Origin: Chlamydiales bacterium
GTDB taxonomy: Bacteria; Chlamydiota; Chlamydiia; Chlamydiales; SM23-39
Length of the DNA stretch: 64,000 bases
Direction of reading: 5' to 3'
Assembly (NCBI GenBank): GCA_030681135.1
Contig: JAUXXF010000010.1
Coordinates: 31,539 to 95,538 of the forward strand
The translations under genes were made by a program, and so were the position numbers. The notes under the pieces were generated by a model, which was not told where the DNA came from, did not search any database, and saw only the letters and a program-made list of their open reading frames with translations. Below, piece after piece: positions 1 through 9,016 of this stretch (within the stretch, counting starts at the first letter, position 1; every line of letters begins with the position of its first letter).

Positions 1-1
1 T

Positions 2-1546
2 CTCAATTATTTGAATCTTGAATTAAAAAGTTTGACGGAGCTCAACCAATTTTTACAACTCAGTGACTCCAAGACAGTTTTTTCAAAGCAGTCTTTGGCG
101 CTGCTAAAAGATATCGTCAATCGAATTGGTATAAATGACCCAACTCTCGTCATAACCATCTTAAAAAAGATGGAAAGCATCGATAAAACAAAAGTAGAGA
201 CTGTGATTTTGCAAGCAACAAGCCTTGTCGCGCTCTGGCCCTCCTCTCCTTCAAACCTTTCTGCTCAAAAAAATTGGCTCAAGAGATTTGATGGTCTTTT
301 GACCACCTTAAATGATTTTTGTGAGAACCTTATCAAAGAACGAATGGACCGCATCTTGTTATATGGAGATGCACTCAAAGGATGCACTTCAGTCAATTCA
401 TCAATAGAACAGTTTTTTATTGATCTGCTAAGAATTCCCACTGATAGCCCCCCTCCTTCATTCAATTGGCGAATCCATTCGGCAACCATTCCATCAAATG
501 CTAGACAGCACCTCTTAACATTTAAAAAACTGGCCGATTTTCAAAAAAAAATCCCCAAAATCATTTATACGGATTCTCCTGCAATCAATGCAGGAGGGAT
601 AACAAGAGATTTGATCACCAAAATATTTCATGCACTCTGCTCTCAAAAAAATCTAAAGTTCCCAGGAGAGCTTACAGATGGATTTGTATTCCCAAAATTC
701 AGCGACGATTCTTCACTCCACAAAGAGGAAATTGCCTGCTTCGAAGCCCTTGGAACGATGTTTAACTACGCTCTAACTCGCACTCAAGATATTCTAATAG
801 GTCAATATTTTCATCCTCTCCTCTTTGAACTGATCTATGATCTTTCTCAAACAGACATCAACCACATGATATCATCCCCTCTCCCCTTTGACACTCCTTC
901 CCCCGCTCTTCAACCTATTTATGACAAGCTATTAAAAAAACTTTTGCCCCAGAAATATCCTGCCATTTTCGAAACGATTGCTATAGTCGACCGATTTGTC
1001 GACAACGGAAAAGTCCCCCCAGATATACAAGACACTGGGATTCACACCAAAAAAGAATTTATCAAGGCATCTGCCATTGACCTAAGTCTCGCAGCTGTGT
1101 GTTGCATTGCAAGATCTTTCCCTCCTATGAGCCCTCAAGATTGGAGTGAATTCAAAGGGAAGTCCTTTTTAGAATTCTCAGAAAAAATTCAAGGATCCTT
1201 ATCTAAAGAACTCCTCCTACAAAATATGAAATGGGAGCTAGGAGAAGGCGTCAACGATGACGACAAGAACCGAATAGAAGGATTTTTTATCCAATGGATC
1301 ATGGATGCAGAAGAAAAGCTTTTGAAAGACTTTATCCAAGCCATTTCGTCCAATACAAGTCTCTCTCCTCATCAAAAATTTTCCATTCGTTTATATCCAA
1401 ACGGAGAAGACATCCCCAGTTTTCATACCTGTTCAATGACTGTAGACATCCCTTCACAGTATCCCACATATGAATGGTTCAAAGAAAAGCTAGAATCCTC
1501 TCTTCTCTATCTAAAAAAAATGAAATGGGATTTTCATTTCTCTTGA
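2..1546 (+). CDS. HECT-domain E3 ubiquitin ligase-like protein (eukaryote-like effector candidate); 5' end may lie outside the window
   Basis: The frame is open to the window edge, with no in-frame stop in nt 2-10. The C-terminal IPSFHTCSMTVDIPSQYPTYEWFKEKLESSL matches the HECT catalytic-Cys signature (LPxaHTCfnxLxLPxYxSxExLxxkLxxAi). AINAGGITRDLITKIF matches the N-lobe GxDxGGvxREff motif. LLKDFIQAISSNTSL matches the C-lobe ll.Fv.F.TGs segment. Confidence 0.75.
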   Translation, partial: LNYLNLELKSLTELNQFLQLSDSKTVFSKQSLALLKDIVNRIGINDPTLVITILKKMESIDKTKVETVILQATSLVALWPSSPSNLSAQKNWLKRFDGLLTTLNDFCENLIKERMDRILLYGDALKGCTSVNSSIEQFFIDLLRIPTDSPPPSFNWRIHSATIPSNARQHLLTFKKLADFQKKIPKIIYTDSPAINAGGITRDLITKIFHALCSQKNLKFPGELTDGFVFPKFSDDSSLHKEEIACFEALGTMFNYALTRTQDILIGQYFHPLLFELIYDLSQTDINHMISSPLPFDTPSPALQPIYDKLLKKLLPQKYPAIFETIAIVDRFVDNGKVPPDIQDTGIHTKKEFIKASAIDLSLAAVCCIARSFPPMSPQDWSEFKGKSFLEFSEKIQGSLSKELLLQNMKWELGEGVNDDDKNRIEGFFIQWIMDAEEKLLKDFIQAISSNTSLSPHQKFSIRLYPNGEDIPSFHTCSMTVDIPSQYPTYEWFKEKLESSLLYLKKMKWDFHFS

Positions 1547-1616
1547 ACTTTACGCCCAAACTCGTTACGCCTTCTTCCTTGAAATAAAAATTTATGAATT
1601 CAAGGAGCTAAACACC

Positions 1617-2714
1617 ATGTCTGTCTCATTTACATCGACTCAGAAAGGAGCTATCACCTCTTCTCGCACGTTAACCGATGATCAAATACAAGAGCTTGCA
1701 AACAAAGCTACACCCCTATTCGTAGAATATTTCCAACAACCATCCTATGAATCATTGGGAAGAGAAACATATAAAAATCGATTGAAAGAAATTGTTGCGC
1801 CTCACACTTCCCCTCAAAGAATTTCTAGCGTTGTTGACGTGATTTTCAAGTTTATGGAAAAGAGCAAAGAGCCTAACCCAATAATCATTAACCATAGGCT
1901 TAACTTTGTATTCAAGAACCCTTCACTGCCCTCATTCATCCTCATCATCGACAACTCTTTTAGGCTAGTAGAGGAACAGACATTTAAGATGCTCGAACCA
2001 AATATTGACAAAACAGAACAAGCAAAATTGGCCAAAGTCATAGAAAACCACTTAGCGGGAATAAAATGTTCAGTCGAAAACCCAGCGATCCATACGGAAA
2101 ACCTGAACGAAGAGGACAAACAGAAACTACCTTCAGCCTGCTCAGCCTTAATCAGCCTATCTTCGGCATTAGATTTTCAACATCACTATCGAAGTTTACT
2201 AGACACCAAACTTGAGATTTCTTTTGAAGGCATCAAGTCTCATTCAAGCAAACAGCCCATGGAAGTGATCAAACCTCCTCTTCATTTTCTTGACCCCCAG
2301 ATCCCGGAATTCGTTATGAAAAAGATCGAAAGATTTGGCATTCTTCCCATTCTACAACCTTTTTTTTCTAAGATAAGCAGCGCCTATGAAGGTTCTATCA
2401 AGAGAGAAATGACAAAGTTGTATCCGGCGATAGAGGGCATGGACCCTGATTTACTATCAGCCATTCGGTGCTTTTCACCTACTCGAAACGTTCCCAACTT
2501 CAAAGAATATCTCCTGCCTTCTTTGCCTCTCTCATATAGTCCTCCAGAATCTTTTTCGCCAATGATTGTCTGGGAGGAAGCCAGTATGCCTGTCAATTTT
2601 AGCAACGAAAGACGCTACTGGCAGTGTAGAATCAAGATAGATTCGACGAACGATTCAGAGGGGCCTCCTAGAAAAGAAGCCAAAATATCTTATTCTGAAA
2701 AGGACGAAGACTAA
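1617..2714 (+). CDS. hypothetical protein (365 aa), no recognisable domain
   Basis: Long ORF with AAGGAG 9 nt upstream of the ATG, followed by a 14-bp-stem hairpin. I recognise no motif in it. It lies directly downstream of the HECT gene. Confidence 0.6.
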   Translation: MSVSFTSTQKGAITSSRTLTDDQIQELANKATPLFVEYFQQPSYESLGRETYKNRLKEIVAPHTSPQRISSVVDVIFKFMEKSKEPNPIIINHRLNFVFKNPSLPSFILIIDNSFRLVEEQTFKMLEPNIDKTEQAKLAKVIENHLAGIKCSVENPAIHTENLNEEDKQKLPSACSALISLSSALDFQHHYRSLLDTKLEISFEGIKSHSSKQPMEVIKPPLHFLDPQIPEFVMKKIERFGILPILQPFFSKISSAYEGSIKREMTKLYPAIEGMDPDLLSAIRCFSPTRNVPNFKEYLLPSLPLSYSPPESFSPMIVWEEASMPVNFSNERRYWQCRIKIDSTNDSEGPPRKEAKISYSEKDED

Positions 2715-2752
2715 CAGACTGCCCAGCAGAAAAAAGCAGAGATAGACTCTCT

Positions 2753-2788
2753 CTAAGGGCTATAAATTGATTATTTTATAGCCCTTAG
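2753..2788 (+). terminator. stem-loop downstream of the 365-aa ORF
   Basis: CTAAGGGCTATAAA-ttgatt-(a)TTTATAGCCCTTAG forms a roughly 14-bp perfect stem. There is no clear T-run after it. Confidence 0.4.
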
Positions 2789-2954
2789 GAAAGGGTCCAA
2801 GGGCGACATTTAACAATCCTCACTTGTTTTAAAGCGCCCATTATTGTATCCTGTAGTGCTGAAAGTTCTTAGAGGTTGAAACCAAATTCGAAGCCAGCCT
2901 CTTAAGAAAGATGTATCCAATTTTCTGTCAAAACGTGTTTGAATAAAGGAATTT

Positions 2955-3044
2955 ATGGCCTCAGTCAAAAAGAAACGCAGAGCGAAAATCGCAAAACACA
3001 AACGAAAAAAACGCCGCCGCCGCGACCGTCATAAGAAAAAATAG
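2955..3044 (+). CDS. 29-aa highly basic peptide, bS22-type (AURKAIP1/COX24-like) small ribosomal protein candidate
   Basis: ATG at 2955 is preceded by AAAGGA 5 nt upstream. My translation is MASVKKKRRAKIAKHKRKKRRRRDRHKKK followed by a stop. As far as I recall, it resembles actinobacterial bS22 ([21 protein letters not shown]...) and the Bacteroidetes version ending in ...RHKKK. It is too short for the supplied ORF track. Confidence 0.6.
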   Translation: MASVKKKRRAKIAKHKRKKRRRRDRHKKK

Positions 3045-3049
3045 TCTTT

Positions 3050-3109
3050 AGACCTCTTTCGAATGTAAGGATTCGTCGATTTTAAGAACCTTCATTTCAA
3101 AAGAGGTCT
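3050..3109. repeat. mini copy of the family-1 palindromic element
   Basis: AGACCTCTTTcgaatgtAAGGATTCGTCGATTTTAAGAACC...AAAGAGGTCT. It has the same terminal inverted repeat and the same AAGGnTTCGTCGATTTT core as the full copies. Confidence 0.7.
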
Positions 3110-3131
3110 TTGATAGAGGACCTCTTGTTTT

Positions 3132-4958
3132 ATGTGGAAGTATCCAAAAATCTATGATGTCCTCGTTATAGGGGCAGGTCACGCCGGCTGCGAGGCAGCG
3201 CATGCTGCTGCCCGGATGGGCGCCAACACCCTCCTACTTACCATGAATCTCGATACGATCGGCAAAATGAGCTGCAATCCTTCAGTCGGAGGGACTGCAA
3301 AAGGCCATATTGTTAGGGAAATCGACGCTCTAGGTGGGCTCATGGGGAAAGTGGCCGATCGCAATAGCATTCAATTTCGAATGTTAAACGCCTCAAGAGG
3401 ACCTGCTGTCCGTTCTCCCCGCTCTCAGGCAGACAAGGCCGCCTACGCCCTCGACATGAAACGGAGGCTAGAACAGACCCCCAACCTCGAAATCCAACAA
3501 GGCACTTCTGAATCACTTCTCGTAGAAAATGGCCGAATCACTGGAGTCTCTACGCAAGAAGGGATCATCTATCAAGCAAAAACTGTCATCCTCTCATCTG
3601 GCACTTTTATGAGAGGCCTTTTACATATCGGTCAGACCAATTTCTCTGGAGGGCGTAGCGGCGATAAAGCAGCCAGCGGGCTATCTCCCAGCCTCGAGTC
3701 GCTTGGATTTGTGTTAGGCAGACTGAAAACAGGCACCCCGCCGCGAATCAATTCCAGAAGCATCGATTTTAGCCGTTGCGAAGAGCAGCCAGGAGATGAA
3801 GGCGTCGTCTTTTCTTACGATGATCCTGAAGAGCGAATGGCTCAAGTGTCTTGCTATATCACCTACACAACTCCCAAGACTCATGAGATCATTCGTAATA
3901 ACTTAGATCGCTCCCCCCTCTACGCAGGAACAATTACAGGCATCGGACCTCGCTATTGCCCCTCCATCGAAGATAAAGTCGTTCGATTTGCCGACAAAGA
4001 GCGTCATCAAATTTTTCTAGAACCAGAAGGGCTCACCACTCAAGAAGTCTATGTCAATGGGATCTCTTCCTCTCTTCCTTTTGATGTCCAATTAGAAATG
4101 ATCCACAGCGTCATCGGGCTCGAACAAGCAGAAGTCATGAGACCGGCTTACGCCATTGAATATGATTATGTAAAGAGCGACCAGATCTATCCAACTCTTG
4201 AAACCAAGCGCGTGGAAGGACTATTTTTGGCAGGACAAATCAATGGAACAACCGGTTATGAAGAGGCGGCTGCACAAGGACTGATAGCAGGAATTAATGC
4301 TGCTTGCAAAACGCTCGGCAAACCGCCTTTTTCTTTGAAGCGCAGCGACGGCTATATTGGCGTCATGATCGACGATCTCATCCGCTTTGAGCTATCGGAG
4401 CCTTACCGCATGTTCACAAGTCGAGCAGAACATCGCCTTTTACTCAGACAAGACAATGCTGATCTCCGTCTTCGGCCCATGGCCTATTCGCTAGGACTCA
4501 TTTCTGAAGAGCAATATCAAAGAACTTTATACAAACAGCAGATCCTCGACCAAGAAAGAGAGAGGCTATCCCGCGCGTTTAAAACCATCGAAGGGAGAGG
4601 CTCTTCTCTAGCGCAGCTCATCTGCAGGCCCGATTGGACCTACCAAAAAGCCCTCGAACAATTCCCTGATGTTGTCGCCGATTTTGGCTTAGATCTCAAC
4701 CAACAGATCGAACTACACCTTAAGTACGCAGGCTATATTCAAAGACAAACGAAAGAGGTAGAAAAGCTCTCTCACCTCGACCAGATCCGTATTCCTCCAG
4801 ATCTTTGCTATGCAACCGTCGTTGGGCTAAGGACAGAGGCTAAACAAAAATTACTTCGTTTTACCCCAGAAAACCTCGGCGCCGCTTCTCGCATTTCAGG
4901 AGTTTCCCCCGCTGACATCTCCATCTTAAGGATTGCTCTACAAAAGCGGCGCTCATGA
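3132..4958 (+). CDS. mnmG: tRNA uridine 5-carboxymethylaminomethyl modification enzyme MnmG (GidA)
   Basis: N-terminal FAD motif [14 protein letters not shown], the [11 protein letters not shown] motif, and full-length family resemblance (608 aa). Confidence 0.97.
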   Translation: MWKYPKIYDVLVIGAGHAGCEAAHAAARMGANTLLLTMNLDTIGKMSCNPSVGGTAKGHIVREIDALGGLMGKVADRNSIQFRMLNASRGPAVRSPRSQADKAAYALDMKRRLEQTPNLEIQQGTSESLLVENGRITGVSTQEGIIYQAKTVILSSGTFMRGLLHIGQTNFSGGRSGDKAASGLSPSLESLGFVLGRLKTGTPPRINSRSIDFSRCEEQPGDEGVVFSYDDPEERMAQVSCYITYTTPKTHEIIRNNLDRSPLYAGTITGIGPRYCPSIEDKVVRFADKERHQIFLEPEGLTTQEVYVNGISSSLPFDVQLEMIHSVIGLEQAEVMRPAYAIEYDYVKSDQIYPTLETKRVEGLFLAGQINGTTGYEEAAAQGLIAGINAACKTLGKPPFSLKRSDGYIGVMIDDLIRFELSEPYRMFTSRAEHRLLLRQDNADLRLRPMAYSLGLISEEQYQRTLYKQQILDQERERLSRAFKTIEGRGSSLAQLICRPDWTYQKALEQFPDVVADFGLDLNQQIELHLKYAGYIQRQTKEVEKLSHLDQIRIPPDLCYATVVGLRTEAKQKLLRFTPENLGAASRISGVSPADISILRIALQKRRS

Positions 4959-5665
4959 AACCAGTTCTTCATTGGTTGGAGCTCGATCATCTTTCCATCT
5001 TTGAGCAACTTCAGCTGGAAGAGGCTCTCGTTCGAACAGACGCGCGCAATGTATGTATCGTCAATCCTGGATCTGCCAGGGCCATTGTTATGGGCATCTC
5101 AGGAGAGCCTAAGCTGCTACTGAATACCGAATCTGTCTTTCGCGATGAAATCCCCGTGATCAAACGTTTTAGCGGAGGGGGCACCGTGATTGTCGACGAA
5201 AACACCCTATTTGTCTCTTTTATCTGCAATCATGACGCACTACCAATCACCCCTTATCCAGAGCCTCTGCTTCGCTGGACGTCAGAGCTCTACCAACAAA
5301 GCTGGCAAATCCCCTCTTTTGCCCTTCAAGAGCAAGATTATGCTATTGGGTCTCGCAAATGCGGCGGGAATGCCCAGTATATCCGCAAAGGTAAATGGGT
5401 CCATCACACCTCTTTCCTGTGGGATTACAAAGAGACGAATATGGACTATTTGCAGCTTCCTGCTAAACGGCCTAAATACCGCGCAGACCGGCCTCATTCA
5501 GAGTTCCTTTGTCGCCTAAAAGACGTTTCTCCCTCAAAAAAATTCTTAATTGATCAACTAAAAAATGAACTTGTAAAGCGGTTTTACATTGAAGATTTTT
5601 GTCTAAAAAATCTTTCCTTTCCACCCCACAGGCAAGCTACGCAGCAGATATCCATGAAAAGCTAG
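4955..5665 (+). CDS. lplA: lipoate-protein ligase / biotin-lipoate A/B ligase family protein
   Basis: [21 protein letters not shown] and [22 protein letters not shown] match the LplA/LipB catalytic core. It overlaps mnmG by 4 nt. I recall the same gidA-lplA adjacency in Chlamydia. Confidence 0.8.
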   Translation: MKPVLHWLELDHLSIFEQLQLEEALVRTDARNVCIVNPGSARAIVMGISGEPKLLLNTESVFRDEIPVIKRFSGGGTVIVDENTLFVSFICNHDALPITPYPEPLLRWTSELYQQSWQIPSFALQEQDYAIGSRKCGGNAQYIRKGKWVHHTSFLWDYKETNMDYLQLPAKRPKYRADRPHSEFLCRLKDVSPSKKFLIDQLKNELVKRFYIEDFCLKNLSFPPHRQATQQISMKS

Positions 5666-5741
5666 CAAAAAACAGAGAATCTGTTAAAATGTTGGGCATA
5701 CTAAGACCACAGAATTTACTCAGTAAAATTTTTAAGGTGAA

Positions 5742-7034
5742 ATGATGATCAGAGCGCTTCGCGGCAACTACCGTTGGTTTATAGCAAGTTTAATTTTTTT
5801 CATTACTCTAGTCAACTTCATCGACCGCTCGGCTATCTCTTTTGTGATCGGGCCTCTCAAAGAAGAGTATCACCTGACAGACACAGACTTTGGCTTGATT
5901 TTATCTGCCTTTGGAGCAGGATACATGCTGCTGACCGCGGTAGGCGGATGGCTAGTAGATAAGTGGGGAGTGCGCCTCATGTGGCCAGTTGCTGCAGTAG
6001 CCTGGTCTCTTTGCGTCGGCTGTCTTGGCTTTGCTTCAGGTTTTTGGGGATTTATGATGCTCCGCTTTTTGCTCGGAGTCTCCGAGGGACCTCATTTTCC
6101 TGCGATGACCAGCTCGATCAGTCATTGGCTGTCTCCTAAAGAACGGGCCAGAGCTCTCTCTTTGGGGCTCATTGCTATCCCCCTCTCTTCTGTGGTTGGA
6201 GCCCCTCTTACCTCGTACCTTGTCGCAGACTTTGGCTGGCGCACCATGTTTTTTATGATGAGCATTACAGGAATTTTATGGGCAGTCATTTGGTACATCT
6301 TTTTCACCGATTTCCCTAAAAACTCCCCTTATGTGACCGAAGAGGAGAAAAAAATCATTGCCACCCCTTCTGTTTTATCCTCGGAAAAGAAAAGCGCTCC
6401 TATCGATTGGCGCTTCCTCCTCACCCACCCCACTCTGATTGCCAATAACCTTGCCTATTTTGCCTTTGGCTACATGCTCTTTTTCTCCACTCTTTGGTTG
6501 CCTGGATATTTTCTAAGCCAGCACGGGCTAAATCTCAAAAGCGTAGGATGGTATTTGACGATTCCTTGGCTGGTAGGGGCCGCTTTCTTAAAACTTGGCG
6601 GGATCATTTCCGACTATCTCTATGTAAAAACAGGCAAGAGTCGCATCGCTAGATCCCACGTCATTTGGATCTCTCAATCATTAGCTGCTATTTTTTTCCT
6701 CTTGCTAAGCTTTACCGACACCTTAGGCCTATCTATTCTTTTCCTAAGCTTGGGGTTAGGATTCGGCCTTATGCCGCAACCTGCCTTTTTCAGCATCAAC
6801 ATCGACGTGGCCAAAGAAAGAGCAGGATCTGCCCAAGGGATCACTTCGAGCTGTCTTTCTCTTGCAGGAGTAATAGCTCCTGTGGTGACAGGATGGATTG
6901 TAGATGTGACCGGTAACTACCAGTGGGCGTTCTTGCTTCTTGCTGGAATGACCGCCCTTGCTGTAGTGACAGTGATCTTCTTCCATCATCCAGAACGGCA
7001 ATGGGAAAGAGCTCCTAAACCAGAAATTGCCTAA
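5742..7034 (+). CDS. MFS transporter (anion:cation symporter-like)
   Basis: About 12 hydrophobic segments. The motif WLVDKWGVR and the loop 2-3 region are typical of MFS/ACS-type permeases. Confidence 0.85.
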   Translation: MMIRALRGNYRWFIASLIFFITLVNFIDRSAISFVIGPLKEEYHLTDTDFGLILSAFGAGYMLLTAVGGWLVDKWGVRLMWPVAAVAWSLCVGCLGFASGFWGFMMLRFLLGVSEGPHFPAMTSSISHWLSPKERARALSLGLIAIPLSSVVGAPLTSYLVADFGWRTMFFMMSITGILWAVIWYIFFTDFPKNSPYVTEEEKKIIATPSVLSSEKKSAPIDWRFLLTHPTLIANNLAYFAFGYMLFFSTLWLPGYFLSQHGLNLKSVGWYLTIPWLVGAAFLKLGGIISDYLYVKTGKSRIARSHVIWISQSLAAIFFLLLSFTDTLGLSILFLSLGLGFGLMPQPAFFSINIDVAKERAGSAQGITSSCLSLAGVIAPVVTGWIVDVTGNYQWAFLLLAGMTALAVVTVIFFHHPERQWERAPKPEIA

Positions 7035-7037
7035 ATA

Positions 7038-7120
7038 GACCTCTTGCGTAGCTAAGGGGTCGTCGATTTTTGGGTTCTTTTGAGTCGAACTTCGTTAGCT
7101 TTTAGGGGGGGGGTAATAAT
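7038..7120. repeat. half copy (one arm) of the family-1 palindromic element
   Basis: AGACCTCTTgcgtagctAAGGGGTCGTCGATTTTTGGGTTCTTTTGAGTCGAACTTCGTTAGCTTTTAGGGGGGGGG. There is no matching second arm. It starts 3 nt after the MFS stop codon. Confidence 0.7.
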
Positions 7121-7461
7121 CTCCGCCAGAAGGGGTTGCAGCCATGCGCCCAGTCAACCTATAGGATAGGTGGGATCTTTTCCCAAGGAGGGCACGAGGG
7201 CCGTAGCTTGGCGTTAAAATCCCTTAAAAATAAACATTGTTGAAGAACAATCTATAGCCACAGTATCCCTAACGGCAGAGAAGAAGCCATTTTCTCCTTT
7301 AACTCCTATTTCTTGCAAGGAGATCTTGAGACTGCCGTTGAAAAGTGGTACAGCAAACAACTCTTTTAAAACGACTTTTAAGGAGCCGAGCTTCCTCCCA
7401 TGTCTACAGGCCTGGGCTTGCCGCCGTCAAAAAGAAGAAAATCAAATTGAGACAGCAGTTG

Positions 7462-8892
7462 TTAGCCCCGTTTTTTTCTGTATCTCTCTATCTGATCTAA
7501 CAAGGTTTCTTTTACCTCTTTCTCGTCATCCGGCGCTAAGGGCTGATTTAATAACCATAGATGTACAAGTCTGAAATTTCTAGAAAAACCAAGGCGCTCA
7601 ATTTCCTCTACCGTCTGAGGGGTCTTTTTTCTCTTTCTCAAGATGGCTTTTGCCTGCTCTTCTTCTGGAGAGGTTGTGCTAGAAGTGAGCGCCCGCTCAA
7701 TAAGATCATTATCTTTTAGCATCCTCTTAACATAGACGTTCTTTCCATCAGGAGCATTTTGCCAACGTAATCGTTGATAATCGCGCGATCTTTTTCTGCC
7801 CTTTTCTAATTTTTCTAGATCAGCTTCTGTAGGATTCGTAGCTAGGCGCTCTTTAAATTCGGCGCGGCAGCGACGTTCGTACAATCGCTGTTTTTCTAAA
7901 ATTCTTGCTTTCTTTCTTGCATTTGCCTCCGAGAGGCTCGCTTCTGTTTCATTTTCTATCAACACCGATGTTTCTACAGTTGCTATGCGGGGTTCATCTT
8001 GTGAGAGTGCGAGGCTCTGTGATTTATTTAAAGGCTCAAGAGTTTCTATTTTCCCATCATCAATTCTGAGAGGATTCATTTGGTATAGCCGTGCATCAAA
8101 TCCCATTTGCTCTATACTCTTTTCTGCTCCATTTAATGCTTGGTCACAAAAAAAACTATTCGGGTTAACCGTTCGAACAGAACGATGTTCATCCCATACG
8201 TCTTGATGTTTAGGGGAAAAACTGAAATTCAAATCCATGTTTTCGTTGGGATGAAGACTCAGATAGCTACTTTCTTCGCTTTTTAAGGGGACGGCTTCTG
8301 TTTGTTCGCCATCAAATATCAGAGGGGCTATATCACATAACCATCTATCAAATCCAATTTGCTCTACGCTTTTTTCTGAATGATCAAAAAAAACGTCCGG
8401 ATTAACATCTTGTTCATCCAATACATAGCGCTCTATAGAGCAAGGAGAAGTGGTTTGATAAGACTGTTGCTCAGTATTAAGACGGTGATGGCTGCTTTTT
8501 TTGAACTGCTCTTCTTCTAATTCAAGAGAACGTTTTCGTTTATAGCTTTGCTTTTCTTCAAAAACTGACGCAACGGCTATTTCGGTTTTTTGTGTTGATC
8601 TGTCAAAGTCATCTCTATCATCGTCTTCAAATGCAAACCCTTTTAACGGAAGTTCGCTATACCCTTCATTATTTAGGCGCTGCAGGCTCTCTACACCATC
8701 AGCATTTAATGAATCCCACTCATCGAATTCATTTGGGCTATTTATTAAAACAGATCTAGCTGCAGCTTCTGTTTTTTGTTCTAAAGCACTAACATCTAAT
8801 GTGTTATCTTCAAAAAATAAAGTGTTTTCAATAAAAAAACCGCTTAACTCTAAAAAATCTTCTGTAATATGTGACATTATCACCTTCTGCAT
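7462..8892 (-). CDS. hypothetical acidic/basic two-part protein with an internal duplication and NLS-like clusters
   Basis: 476-aa ORF. AAGGTG precedes the second ATG at 8877, so MSHITEDF is the likelier start. The N-terminal two thirds are acidic and the C-terminal third is Lys/Arg-rich. Confidence 0.7.
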   Translation of the reverse strand: MQKVIMSHITEDFLELSGFFIENTLFFEDNTLDVSALEQKTEAAARSVLINSPNEFDEWDSLNADGVESLQRLNNEGYSELPLKGFAFEDDDRDDFDRSTQKTEIAVASVFEEKQSYKRKRSLELEEEQFKKSSHHRLNTEQQSYQTTSPCSIERYVLDEQDVNPDVFFDHSEKSVEQIGFDRWLCDIAPLIFDGEQTEAVPLKSEESSYLSLHPNENMDLNFSFSPKHQDVWDEHRSVRTVNPNSFFCDQALNGAEKSIEQMGFDARLYQMNPLRIDDGKIETLEPLNKSQSLALSQDEPRIATVETSVLIENETEASLSEANARKKARILEKQRLYERRCRAEFKERLATNPTEADLEKLEKGRKRSRDYQRLRWQNAPDGKNVYVKRMLKDNDLIERALTSSTTSPEEEQAKAILRKRKKTPQTVEEIERLGFSRNFRLVHLWLLNQPLAPDDEKEVKETLLDQIERYRKKRG

Positions 8893-8971
8893 ATTATTTT
8901 AATAATTAATTTTAACTAAACATGGCGTTTTAATTAAACTAAATTAAGAAGTTTTTTTGACCGCGTCAGTA

Positions 8972-9016
8972 AGAGGGTGTCTAAGAAGCTGTACTAAAAC
9001 CTAGCTTCTTAGAGAG
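8972..9016. repeat. mini-derivative of the family-1 element
   Basis: AGAGGGTGTCTAAGAAGCTgtactaaaacctAGCTTCTTAGAGAG. It abuts the sdhB stop codon and shares its AGAGGGTGTCTAAGAA terminus with copy 20780-20951. Confidence 0.7.

Noticed and set aside
543-551. A9 homopolymer inside the HECT gene (and a G9 run at 7105-7113) as phase-variation switches
   Set aside because: A-runs of 8-9 are frequent throughout this AT-leaning sequence. The G-runs are part of the intergenic palindromes and are not in coding or promoter-spacer positions. There is no evidence for slippage from a single sequence.
2810-3001. 63-aa minus-strand ORF
   Set aside because: It has no RBS and an odd composition. It is antisense to the much better supported bS22-like mini-ORF with its Shine-Dalgarno sequence.
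7121-7160. Possible SRP (4.5S) RNA, because CCAGAAGGGGTTGCAGCC loosely resembles the CCGGAAGGAAGCAGCC domain IV motif
   Set aside because: The GNAR tetraloop with its closing pairs is not present, nor is the conserved AGCA/GGA symmetric-loop context. I could not build the flanking helix. It is kept only as an unspecific structured region.
7843-7920. bZIP-like basic region (ARKKARILEKQRLYERRCRAEFKERL) in the 476-aa protein
   Set aside because: The invariant Asn and Ala-Ala of the bZIP basic motif (N-x2-AA-x2-C/S-R) are missing or out of register, and no heptad Leu zipper follows.
8972-9016. Treating the palindromic elements as classical intrinsic terminators
   Set aside because: Most copies lack a T-run after the stem in the relevant transcript orientation; for example the 52377 copy is followed by an A-run. 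Termination is therefore only a hypothesis and is not annotated as such.
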